Positions 18,170-26,790 of a stretch of DNA of 64,000 nt are shown here, one piece after another. Every line of letters begins with the position of its first letter. Position 1 is the stretch's first letter. The DNA comes from an uncultured delta proteobacterium (GTDB lineage: Bacteria > Desulfobacterota > Desulfuromonadia > Geobacterales > DSM-12255). The stretch covers positions 133,192 to 197,191 of the forward strand of contig CAWBBV010000004.1 in assembly GCA_963787125.1 (NCBI GenBank), written 5' to 3'. Made by a program: the position numbers and the translations under genes. The notes beneath the pieces are model-generated. The model had not been told where the DNA came from. It did not search any database and worked only from the letters and a program-made list of their open reading frames with translations.

Positions 18170-18267
18170 GTTTGTCTTTTCGCTTAAATGTTTTTTTGAT
18201 TTTTCCTTATTTTTCATGCTGAAAGTCTCTTCGTAATGTGAAGTAATTCCTGTGCTCGACGGGGTTC

Positions 18268-18612
18268 TTATGTCTTATTACGCATTCTTCTTTTCTTTGC
18301 AAACCACGGATAGAAAACAACGCCAGTTGTCGGCAACACGCTAAGAATAAAGGATATAAACCATCCGTTCATGCGTGTGCTTCCGATCCAGTACCAAGTC
18401 GCGTAATCGATTGCGATGAAGGTGGTTAAGGCTATAATTCGGAAGCCTTTAAGTGAATCTGATAGGAGCAAATATCCTATAAATGCCAAGTGAATCAACG
18501 CGAATGCAAAAGCACCAACAACAATCATTGGATTGCCATGAGCATATGCAACTGCAGGACACCCCAAGAGACCAAAGCACAATATCTTTGCTATGTTAAT
18601 GGTGTTCTTCAT
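18268..18612 (-). CDS. Small membrane protein, cassette gene
   Basis: ORF track with the start trimmed to the first ATG past the attC (MKNTINIAK). Confidence 0.7.
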   Translation of the reverse strand: MKNTINIAKILCFGLLGCPAVAYAHGNPMIVVGAFAFALIHLAFIGYLLLSDSLKGFRIIALTTFIAIDYATWYWIGSTRMNGWFISFILSVLPTTGVVFYPWFAKKRRMRNKT

Positions 18613-18619
18613 ATTACTC

Positions 18620-18677
18620 TTCCAACGGTTTGGCAGAACAGCGGCGGTTTTTGGCCGCTGCTTCTGTCTGGTTGGCC
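18620..18677 (-). repeat. attC site, near-identical to 18112-18169
   Basis: ttccaac...ggcagaacagcggcggtttttggccgctgcttctgtctg gttggcc. Confidence 0.92.
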
Positions 18678-18679
18678 TT

Positions 18680-19285
18680 TCATTTTCGATTGAATAAACG
18701 AGCAAAAAAGCCCTTACTACTTGCAGTTGCTGGAATCTCATCCTTTACTTTTCGCTCCAACACAATGAATTCCCCGTCAATTAACTCATCGCAATTCTCG
18801 TCATGCTTGAAACCGACAAGATCTTGAGCTACAAGCAGTGGGATCTCGAAAATGTAATCAACTTCTGCCTCACCCTGATTTTCATTTTCTTGTTCTTCTT
18901 CCATTTTTGTTCGTATTGCATGACAGCAAGCCGGAAGATCTCCTTTAGAACTTAAACCTTTTGGGCCATCTATCCCCTCATGTGACAAATGCCATTTTCT
19001 GCTCCCTCCCGACCATAGTTCTGATGAGCTGGACATGGTATGCTCTTCTACTAAACACAAAATAATGTCATAAGCAGTTGAAATTTCAGCGAGGTTCTTC
19101 TCGCCGAGAAATGGGCACGTGAACCGGTTATACCAAAGGATTCTCCATCCAGTTTTCATCTTTGCCGTAGAGATCAGAGACTCAGGGATTTCCTCCGTTT
19201 CGCCATTCGGAGTGAGGTTCAATCTTTGTATGAAATCTTCGGCATTAGTTTCCTGTACGGCACACCATGTAATCGCAAATCCCAT
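18680..19285 (-). CDS. Conserved-looking hypothetical protein, cassette gene
   Basis: ORF track; AAGGAG RBS; fills the cassette. Confidence 0.8.
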   Translation of the reverse strand: MGFAITWCAVQETNAEDFIQRLNLTPNGETEEIPESLISTAKMKTGWRILWYNRFTCPFLGEKNLAEISTAYDIILCLVEEHTMSSSSELWSGGSRKWHLSHEGIDGPKGLSSKGDLPACCHAIRTKMEEEQENENQGEAEVDYIFEIPLLVAQDLVGFKHDENCDELIDGEFIVLERKVKDEIPATASSKGFFARLFNRK

Positions 19286-19298
19286 TTCAATCTCCTTT

Positions 19299-19367
19299 GG
19301 CTAACGGTGCCGCGCTTGACCTGCCGGGCGGGTTTATGCCCGGTCATGGTCTGAGCGCGTGTTAGCT
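19299..19367 (-). repeat. attC site, same family as 14286-14354
   Basis: ggctaac...gcgcttgacctgccgggc/gcccggtcatggtctgagcgc...gttagct. Confidence 0.92.
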
Positions 19368-19368
19368 G

Positions 19369-19767
19369 TCAAAGTCCTTCTATTTTCTGAACCGTTAGCA
19401 ATACCTTTGTCATGTGGTGAGCGGTATGCGCATGGAAAAGAGTCCCTGTTGCCTTTATCTTCTTGCCATTGTATTTTTTGACAATTGCTTTTGAGGACGC
19501 TGCATCTCCCATTAAGACCAGCTGTACTAATTTCACGCCTTTTTCAGCATCTCCGAAATCATCTTTTGCGACATCTACAGCGGCATCCAGCTTGATTGCG
19601 TAATACCTACTCTTCTTGCCGGTTTCTTCGTCTTTGTGCTCTGGCTTCACGAATGTTCCAACAAGTTGCACAACTTCAGGTTCTGTTTTCAACTCCACTC
19701 CGAAAGCGAAAGAAGAAATGAGCAAGCACATGCACAAAAGTACGCATCGAAATATTTTCTGATTCAT
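19369..19767 (-). CDS. Exported DUF4431-like OB-fold protein, cassette gene
   Basis: Signal peptide; GTLFHAHTAHHMTKVLL motif. Confidence 0.75.
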   Translation of the reverse strand: MNQKIFRCVLLCMCLLISSFAFGVELKTEPEVVQLVGTFVKPEHKDEETGKKSRYYAIKLDAAVDVAKDDFGDAEKGVKLVQLVLMGDAASSKAIVKKYNGKKIKATGTLFHAHTAHHMTKVLLTVQKIEGL

Positions 19768-19785
19768 TCATTCTCCTTATTCAGC

Positions 19786-22034
19786 ACCGGGTAGGTCAGG
19801 AGCCTTTCGGCTCCTTTCCCCCCTCAGAACCGTACGTGACAGTTTCCCGTCATACGGCTCAAGCCCTCCAAAGTAATCTCCCTCTCGGGATACCCGGCTA
19901 TCTGCTTCTTTCCTCGGTGTTGTTGTCCCTTCACGCCGCTTTTCGGGCGGCGCGACCTGCTCGCCTTCTTTGTTGCTCGGCTCTTCGCGCCTTGAAGTAT
20001 GCTTCATACTCCGGGTCGAAGGGATTGGCGGCACCGCGAATCTTGATGTGTCTCTCGATCTTGGTGCTGGTAGCGTGAATGAGTGTTACCCGGCGTTTTC
20101 CTTCCGGGGTTTTCTCCATCACGGAGAAGTACGTGCTCACGGGGGTGCTGTGCCAGTATGTCTTCGTCAGCCAGCGCTTCCCCTTGTGCGGATGCCTTCT
20201 CCTTGCCCAATCCCGCAGGTAGCGGTAGATTTGGCTGTCCAGTGCGGCGAAGGTGGCTTTTGCGGCGATGTTCCGGTGATAGTTGCTCCAGCCCCGAATG
20301 ATCGGATTCAAGGCGCGGATCATATCACCGGCTTTCATTGCCGAGAATTTCCGGATCGTCTCCCTGATTCTGGTCAGGATGGTTCTGTAGTTGCTCCTGG
20401 CCGGTTTCGTTAGGAACTTCCCGCTGTACTTGCGCGGGTGTTGCCCCAGAAAGTCGAATCCGTCCTCTATCCGCGTTATCCGGGTTTTCTCCGGGGAGAG
20501 GGTGAGACCTCTTTCTTGAAGAAACCTTTCTACCGCTGGTTTGATCGTCTCTTCGAGAAGTTCTTTCGTCTTCCCGGTGATGACGAAGTCGTCGGCGTAG
20601 CGGATAACGTTGACTTTGGTGCGGTAAGGGGTGACGGCTTTTACTGCCGCTTCCAGACCGTCCAGAGTCATGTTGGCCAAGAGCGGGGAGATGATTCCCC
20701 CTTGCGGGGTTCCCGCTTTGGTCGGATAGAGTCTGCCTTCGTCGAAGTACCCTGCGTTCAGCCACTGCCGGAGCATAAGACGATCCATGGGGATATTGCT
20801 CATGAGCCAGTCATGGCCAATCTCGTCGAAACAGGCTTTGATGTCTCCTTCCAGTATCCATTGTGCCGAGTACTTCTTTGCCAGTCCGATGTAGCATTGG
20901 TGGATGGCGTCGGCGCAACTTCGATACGGGCGGAATCCGTATGAATTGGGATCACCCTTAGTCTCGGCCACCGGTAACAGTGCTTGTGCGTAAAGCGCTT
21001 GCATAGCCCTGTCATGCATGGTGGGGATACCCAAAGGGCGCATCTTGCCGTTCTTCTTCGGTATGTAGACCCGCCGTAGTGGCCGGGCTTGATAACCGCG
21101 ACGTTGCAAGGTGTGTACAGCTTTCATTCTCTGCTTCGGCGTGTACCAGATTGCTCCGTCCACGCCGGGGGTTTTTCTTCCTCGATTGGAAACAACCCGT
21201 TTGACGGCTAATGCTTTGCCGGCAAACGAGTGGGTCAGAAGCCATTGCAGGGTTTTCACTCTGCCGCGGCGACCTTCCCTGACAGCCTTTGCGATACGGA
21301 TTTGCAGTCTTCGGACTTCGCGGCGGGCTTTCTGCCAGTTTATGGCTTTCCAGTCGTTGCCGCTGGCGGAGGGTGCACCAGTCAATCTTGCGATTGCCGC
21401 CATTTGCTTTCCCTCCCAAGGAAGATTCTCCAAACGATCTCGCAATGGAGCACCGGCATTGGACGTCAGCTCCCTTTCGGGCCGAGTGATGTTTCAACCC
21501 GTATCCGTCCCATTACAGGGCGGCATTCGCTTCTTCCGGCCTCTTACTCCCGCACTCCCGACAGTGTGCCTTACGGTTTCACCTGCTCCAGTCTACCGGA
21601 GCGGAAATACGGGGTTTCCACGTTCCACGTCTCTGACGATGGGTGACTTAGGTCCATTCTGTACACCGGCAGCACTATTGTCCCCGCAGGGGCACCGTTA
21701 CATCCCCTGACCGGCTGCATACCTTTTGGTTCAAGCCTGTCAGCCTCATTTGGCTTGCTCCCCTTGACGGCGCGAGCGAACGTTCACTTGTGTTGACCAT
21801 ATCACCTTTGAATCCTAGCCCTCACCCGGATCAAGGCTTCCAGGAGGGCGGTCGCCTCACGGTTTCCGCCCCTCCCGCAACAGCGGAATTCGGCTACATT
21901 GTTGGAAGGGCTCCGCACCAGCATGGATGCACCATGGCAGCACGCCTTCCTAGGATACCCGCGGGGGAACACGGGGTCTGGTCAGAATAATCATCATTCA
22001 GCCAGACAGTCATCAACGCGACATCGTGTCGCGA
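19786..22034 (-). mobile_element. Group II intron (IIB-like, non-canonical ends TCGCG...CCGGT), 2249 bp, inserted in an attC R' box
   Basis: Full-length domain V GAGCCGTATGACGGGAAACTGTCACGTACGGTTC; removal restores GTTA|GCTG, the exact complement of the cassette's R'' CAGCTAAC. Confidence 0.88.
19931..21403 (-). CDS. ltrA: Group II intron RT/maturase with RVT_N-type N-terminus, no HNH domain
   Basis: NRGRKTPGVDG, GTPQGGIISP, YADD; GGAGG RBS before the ATG at 21403 (track start 21445). Confidence 0.93.
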   Translation of the reverse strand: MAAIARLTGAPSASGNDWKAINWQKARREVRRLQIRIAKAVREGRRGRVKTLQWLLTHSFAGKALAVKRVVSNRGRKTPGVDGAIWYTPKQRMKAVHTLQRRGYQARPLRRVYIPKKNGKMRPLGIPTMHDRAMQALYAQALLPVAETKGDPNSYGFRPYRSCADAIHQCYIGLAKKYSAQWILEGDIKACFDEIGHDWLMSNIPMDRLMLRQWLNAGYFDEGRLYPTKAGTPQGGIISPLLANMTLDGLEAAVKAVTPYRTKVNVIRYADDFVITGKTKELLEETIKPAVERFLQERGLTLSPEKTRITRIEDGFDFLGQHPRKYSGKFLTKPARSNYRTILTRIRETIRKFSAMKAGDMIRALNPIIRGWSNYHRNIAAKATFAALDSQIYRYLRDWARRRHPHKGKRWLTKTYWHSTPVSTYFSVMEKTPEGKRRVTLIHATSTKIERHIKIRGAANPFDPEYEAYFKARRAEQQRRRAGRAARKAA

Positions 22035-22095
22035 TAACGGGGCCGAGGCGCACCGGCGGAGCGTAGCGAAGACCAAGTGCCGCCCATTGTTCGGC
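22035..22095 (-). repeat. attC site whose R' box is cut by the IIB-like intron
   Basis: taac ggggccga GGCGCAC...GTGCCGCC catt gttcggc. Confidence 0.85.
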
Positions 22096-22127
22096 AATCT
22101 TTCCTTGCTAATTGCTTGCTCTCTCGC

Positions 22128-23030
22128 TCAAGGCAACACCATGGGTGTCATATCTGTCATTCTAGATCGCTCATTTGTAGAAGCAGAAATAGCTTGCACA
22201 CCATAATAATAAACCTTCAATTTCTCCGCAGTTCTATCAATATAGGTGTTCGTGCCGTTTGGCAGATCGGCAATTTTTCTTTTAATTACTCCGTCCGGGT
22301 CTTCGGTTCTGAATACCATATATCCGGTTACCCACTCTGGGTCTTGGGGTGAGAGCTTCCAATTAAGCTGGAGGCCTGTTTCTGTAGGCTTGACGAGCAA
22401 TTCTCTATCTATGTCAATATTGATGTAAACCTTAATATCTACTGATTCGCTCTTATCGTCTGCATTAATTGATACAATTGCCCTACCTAAGTTTAATGCG
22501 GTCATTACTCCATTACTATCGACAGACACTATATTTGAATCGCTGCTAGTATAAGTAGCACTAATTTCCCTTCGAACATTATCTGTGAATAGACCTTGAA
22601 CCCTTAGTTTCCTTGTATTTAATGGTTTACCAACCGCGCTTTTCAAAATTGAATCACTTTTGCCTACAATAATTTTTTCCAATTTAACATCCGATTGAAG
22701 TTGAACTGTGATACTTATTGATGATTCCACTACATCTCTGTCTTTGTTAATTTTTGAAATAGCAGTAATTTTTTCTTTACCTACATATTGATCATCTAAT
22801 TTTAGCTCAGTTTCAAAAGGAGGCCCTTCAAGAATTTCCGAACCACCTCTTGTTGTTTTAATCCACATTCCATTAAGCTTTTCTCCATGCGAAGGAAGAA
22901 CTACAACTTTTACTTTCTGCCCTGTATGAAAAACAGCATTGTTCTCAGGTTGCACGATGGTAATAGCATAACCTTTACTTACTACGTCCATTAATAGAAG
23001 CCATAAGATTACACTCGCCTTTCTATTCAT
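22128..23030 (-). CDS. Exported Ig-like (Big_2) plus fibronectin-III domain protein, cassette gene
   Basis: YTSSDSNIVSVDSNGVMTA; LNW...GYMVFR...YIDRT...YYYGVQA. Confidence 0.8.
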   Translation of the reverse strand: MNRKASVILWLLLMDVVSKGYAITIVQPENNAVFHTGQKVKVVVLPSHGEKLNGMWIKTTRGGSEILEGPPFETELKLDDQYVGKEKITAISKINKDRDVVESSISITVQLQSDVKLEKIIVGKSDSILKSAVGKPLNTRKLRVQGLFTDNVRREISATYTSSDSNIVSVDSNGVMTALNLGRAIVSINADDKSESVDIKVYINIDIDRELLVKPTETGLQLNWKLSPQDPEWVTGYMVFRTEDPDGVIKRKIADLPNGTNTYIDRTAEKLKVYYYGVQAISASTNERSRMTDMTPMVLP

Positions 23031-23049
23031 ATATATCCTTGATTGTGTT

Positions 23050-23102
23050 ACCGAACGGCTCAGAGCCTCAGCTGTGAAAACAGCTGTAGGCTCTGGTTGG
23101 GG
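23050..23102 (-). repeat. Short attC site (53 bp)
   Basis: accgaac...AGAGCCTCAGCTG/CAGCTGTAGGCTCT...gttgggg. Confidence 0.88.
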
Positions 23103-23119
23103 AATATTTGTTTATACGC

Positions 23120-23689
23120 TTAGTTGTAACAGTCAATCATATTATGTAAATCTTTATAAAGATGTATTTTTAAATAATTAGTTATTACCTCTTTACTGCC
23201 ACCATCACTCCCATGAGATATAGTCCCCATTATTCTGAAGGAACGAGCTGACTCTCTTTTTACCAAACTGACAGTCTCATCAGAGCAACAGTTGAACTTG
23301 TATTCTACTAATATAAATTTATCCTTCATATGCATCTGAGTAATAATCACCTTATTTATATTTGGATTACTATTATTGATCATAATAAACTCTTTTATTT
23401 CGTCCTCATAAGTCTTGTTATTGCATATATTTATTGAATTTACGTAAATATCATAAGGTAGCAGTAATGTGTCAAACGTAAGCGATAATGGTAAATCTAA
23501 TATTGCAGGCACAGTTGGAACAAGTTCTTTTGCAGATATAAAATCCATATCTAACCTTGTAGCAGGATAAATACCCGACTTATTGAATAACGATGAAAAA
23601 TTCCAAGGCTTATCGTCATTTTGACGTGCATAGTAAGTTGCGCACCCAGAGCAGAATAAAATGAGCAAACCGATAATTAAGTATTTCAT
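23120..23689 (-). CDS. YceK/YidQ-like lipoprotein with C-terminal extension, cassette gene
   Basis: Lipobox CSGC; IYPATRLD...LDLPLSLTFDTLLLPYD. Confidence 0.8.
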   Translation of the reverse strand: MKYLIIGLLILFCSGCATYYARQNDDKPWNFSSLFNKSGIYPATRLDMDFISAKELVPTVPAILDLPLSLTFDTLLLPYDIYVNSINICNNKTYEDEIKEFIMINNSNPNINKVIITQMHMKDKFILVEYKFNCCSDETVSLVKRESARSFRIMGTISHGSDGGSKEVITNYLKIHLYKDLHNMIDCYN

Positions 23690-23706
23690 TCTTTTCCTTT
23701 TACGAA

Positions 23707-23768
23707 TCCCAACGGCTTCGCAGTTGACCCGCCGTCTTTTTGGGCGGTGTCCAACGGCGTGGTTATAC
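23707..23768 (-). repeat. attC site
   Basis: tcccaac...GTTGACCCGCC/GGCGGTGTCCAAC...gttatac. Confidence 0.88.
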
Positions 23769-23806
23769 CTTCGGGTCACGCCGTTGGAACTGAAGAAGCC
23801 TCCATT

Positions 23807-24145
23807 TCAGGAGGTAATCCAAATTGGGAATTTTTTCAAAAATGAAGTTATGGTGGGATACCCTGCCTGTTTACATAGGTGCTGAACCTCCAGAAATTCT
23901 TTCAGCGATGTTTCTAAAGAAAACTGTAGAAGAGTTGGGGTATGCAAGACAAGGTTTTCGTAGGTGCTTATTTTGGTTTCGAGTGTTTCTAAAAAGTTGT
24001 CCCATTCGGTTTTGGAATTGGTGTTCATATTGGTTGGCTGCTTTATGGCAAGGAGGGCATAATTCATGGAGTCAATTTTCCTTTTATAATTTATTTTTAA
24101 AGATTTTCTTAATAACTGTGACTGCGGTATTTTCAACTCTGTCAT
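23807..24145 (-). CDS. Hypothetical protein
   Basis: ORF track; ATGA overlap with the upstream gene. Confidence 0.5.
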   Translation of the reverse strand: MTELKIPQSQLLRKSLKINYKRKIDSMNYALLAIKQPTNMNTNSKTEWDNFLETLETKISTYENLVLHTPTLLQFSLETSLKEFLEVQHLCKQAGYPTITSFLKKFPIWITS

Positions 24146-24444
24146 TCTACTTTTATGGACTCTTCAATGATTTGAGTCACTTTACCATCACTCAGGTTTA
24201 TTACTCTTCGGTTTATAGTTATTTGGTCGGAGCGGCATTGTTTGAATTTGTCATAAAGCCACGCCGCAACAAGGCTTGAAGGTACTCCTGTAGCAACACT
24301 AATAACAATGGTCACCGCAATATCAGCGGCGCTAAAATCCTTGTTAATGGTGATTGTAGGCAGGTTAAACGAAACACCAGAAGGAATGTTGTTATTTAGA
24401 AGAAATGCATCCTTGTTATTTGAGAGATTAACTTCAATTTGCAT
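24142..24444 (-). CDS. Small hypothetical protein with one amphipathic/hydrophobic helix (GVPSSLVAAWLYDKFK)
   Basis: AAGGAG RBS before the ATG at 24444. Confidence 0.7.
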   Translation of the reverse strand: MQIEVNLSNNKDAFLLNNNIPSGVSFNLPTITINKDFSAADIAVTIVISVATGVPSSLVAAWLYDKFKQCRSDQITINRRVINLSDGKVTQIIEESIKVE

Positions 24445-24871
24445 TTTGCTGATCTCCTTCTGTTTTATTGTTGATTCTTTTGGCGAGTACTTCTCCGGTT
24501 TCTGTGTCGTAAAGCCATATCTGCTCAATGCTTGCGCCTAAATAATGAGATGATGTACTCCACCCGTGATTATAAGGGTAGGTAGGCTCACTGTAATTGC
24601 TTGTTGATTTTAAAATGTATGGGTCAACCAATTTTACAATTACAAGAACAGCTAAATCGTCTTTTAGCCTTTTTGCCTTTTGCGGGTCAACTGTGATTGT
24701 AAATTTTGGGTCGTTTATACTGGAACAGTTTGTACCTTGTATTGAAAAACTATCACCCCTAATCATTGTTGCCCTGACAATAGCTCCGAAGCCATTAGTT
24801 GCAGTGTAAGGGGGTCTTAGGTTGTTATTCGCCTTTGTTTTAATTCGCCTTATGTCTTTGACTTTATTAGC
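24434..24871 (-). pseudogene. Probable 5'-truncated gene fragment (...YTATNGFGAIV...QIWLYDTETGEVLAK)
   Basis: Protein-like sequence extends upstream of the track start to an in-frame stop, with no RBS or start codon. Confidence 0.45.
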
Positions 24872-24896
24872 CTTTTAGCTGCCGCGAAGCGGTTTA

Positions 24897-24989
24897 GTTC
24901 AACGGCTTCGCGCATGACCTGCGTGGAGGAAGGAGTAACAATGAAAAAGGATAATGTGAAACCGCGACAGGTCGATGCGCTTGTTATGC
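24897..24989 (-). repeat. attC site (93 bp) whose loop contains an RBS and start codon
   Basis: gttcaac...GCGCATGACCTG/CAGGTCGATGCGC...gttatgc. Confidence 0.9.
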
Positions 24990-25234
24990 AAATTGGGCGA
25001 ATCGAAGTCGTAAATATTTCCCGTTCAGAGTCAAATTTAGACAAAGCGTGTGACTCCGCATATTGGCTAGCGGTAAACAAATTCGGTATTGACGAATGTG
25101 GACACTCGCAAAAGCTCACAGAATGGGAAAGGTCGTCTTGCTGGGTAGAGTTGGAATTCAGCTCCTACAAGCGGGTAGGTGAACAGCACTATTACACTTT
25201 CACGGCAACCGCTAAGAAAAATATCGAAGAATAG
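24941..25234 (+). CDS. Inverted cassette gene, 97-aa hypothetical protein
   Basis: GGAGGAAGGAG RBS and ATG at 24941; stop 4 nt before the next attC. Confidence 0.7.
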   Translation: MKKDNVKPRQVDALVMQIGRIEVVNISRSESNLDKACDSAYWLAVNKFGIDECGHSQKLTEWERSSCWVELEFSSYKRVGEQHYYTFTATAKKNIEE

Positions 25235-25238
25235 GTTT

Positions 25239-25295
25239 GCATAACGCCATAAGCCTGACCGGCGGTTTCTTGGCCGGTCTTGGCGCAAGTTGGAC
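25239..25295 (-). repeat. attC site, same family as 2804 and 8583
   Basis: gcataac gccataagcctgaccggc...gccggtcttggcg caa gttggac. Confidence 0.92.
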
Positions 25296-25355
25296 ATGTC
25301 CAGTTTCGCTCTGTTAAGTTACATCACTTACAAGCAGTTCCTCTGAATTCATTTT

Positions 25356-26078
25356 TCATGAAGTTCGCTTTTTAGAGCGTTTTGGCATATCTTCTTTTGC
25401 TTTTTCTATTTTGGGGAGCCAAACCCGAAATGATTTAGTTTCTGTCGGTGCAGAGAAAGTAATAGTGGTGATTTGGTCTGGTACAACATTCTTGACGTAT
25501 ATGTGCTGTCCACCGATAGGTTGGTCATTTACACCAAAATAATCAATGCAAACATAATTCATATCATAATTGCCAGAATGCTTCTGCGTTCTTACAAAAC
25601 TTCTAACAACAACTTCAATATGTTGTCCTGCATAGACCGCTTTTGATTCAACACCCAAAATTTTTAAAATACCATTGTTGTCAATACCCCTTTCTTCAAC
25701 CTTGCGTTGCCGGGATTCAATTCCCTTTTTTAGTGCTTGTTCAAACTTGGCAGGCTCAATGTAACCGATGATGGCTTCACAGACGGTACGGTCTTTTTCA
25801 GTGTGTTCAGTCGCCTTAACACGCTTTATGTAACCACTGGTAAGAACTTGGATAATGTCGCTGGTCAGGGCGGAATCCGTGACAATAGTAGTGGAGTCCA
25901 CAAACGCCTTGTATGATTCCACGGCATTACGTATTGCCAGAGTACGTGTAAGTTGTCGTGCCTCAGTAAGGCTTTCCTTGTCACCATAGGTATAACAATA
26001 GTGGCCATTAATGGTGTCTTCCGAAATTGCAACAGTAGCAAACAAAATTGTTGTCAACAAAAATACCAGTATTTTCAT
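25356..26078 (-). CDS. Exported hypothetical protein, cassette gene
   Basis: Signal peptide; AAGGA RBS. Confidence 0.75.
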   Translation of the reverse strand: MKILVFLLTTILFATVAISEDTINGHYCYTYGDKESLTEARQLTRTLAIRNAVESYKAFVDSTTIVTDSALTSDIIQVLTSGYIKRVKATEHTEKDRTVCEAIIGYIEPAKFEQALKKGIESRQRKVEERGIDNNGILKILGVESKAVYAGQHIEVVVRSFVRTQKHSGNYDMNYVCIDYFGVNDQPIGGQHIYVKNVVPDQITTITFSAPTETKSFRVWLPKIEKAKEDMPKRSKKRTS

Positions 26079-26167
26079 GATTCATCCTTTCGATATGGTT
26101 TTGCGAGGCTTAAAAATGTCTGGGGGGCAGACCATTGTTCTGCCTTCAGGTATGACGGAAAGGCAGT

Positions 26168-26707
26168 TCAACACGCAGTGTGGTCACAGCTACGCTCTAT
26201 CTCTTCCCTTATATATTCAAAACGGGACACAAGAAATTCCGTCTCCGCCAAGAATGATATTGGAATAAAGGCCTGGATGCCTCCCCAAGGATTGCCATAG
26301 CGATCACTGTGATATCGTCCCATTTGGTCCGTCCGATTCTTGTCCTGCTGTTCCTTTATTATAAGTTCTTCGATTTCATCTTCTTTATGCCCTAGAAACT
26401 GTGTAATGAAGGGCACCTCCAGCTGAAATTGCTCATTTGGGTACGCAGCATTATAGTCTGCAAGCAACCCTCGGATGTAATGATGGGGTGGTGTTTTTTT
26501 GCCGCTTCTTGAGATTGCATATTTCAGGAATAGTTCAATGCCGTGGTGAAGTAAGGACATGACGACGGATGCATGGCTAAATGACGTCGCAAAGGAACCA
26601 TTAATCATGTCGTTGCAAAGCCGCTGCGCTCCGTCCAGGTTAGCAACACAAAGAGCGTAATGGAGATCCGCTTCATCAAGGCCAGCAAGCTCAGAATTCG
26701 TGATCAT
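26168..26707 (-). CDS. HEPN-like domain protein, cassette gene
   Basis: LLHHGIELFLK...HYIRGLL...GRY pattern; family call by eye. Confidence 0.6.
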   Translation of the reverse strand: MITNSELAGLDEADLHYALCVANLDGAQRLCNDMINGSFATSFSHASVVMSLLHHGIELFLKYAISRSGKKTPPHHYIRGLLADYNAAYPNEQFQLEVPFITQFLGHKEDEIEELIIKEQQDKNRTDQMGRYHSDRYGNPWGGIQAFIPISFLAETEFLVSRFEYIREEIERSCDHTAC

Positions 26708-26719
26708 TTTTTCTCTCTG

Positions 26720-26780
26720 GTTCAACGGGGTGAGCCTTCACCTGCCAGGTTTTAGGGCAGGTGCAAGGCGTCGGTTATGC
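26720..26780 (-). repeat. attC site of the first cassette
   Basis: gttcaac...GCCTTCACCTGCC/GGCAGGTGCAAGGC...gttatgc. Confidence 0.92.
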
Positions 26781-26790
26781 CTCGCCGTTC

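Noticed and set aside
857..21445. Retron, DGR or defence-associated RT
   Set aside because: All three RTs lie inside recognisable group II intron RNA with domains V/VI and precise exon junctions; no TR/VR pair or msr-msd seen
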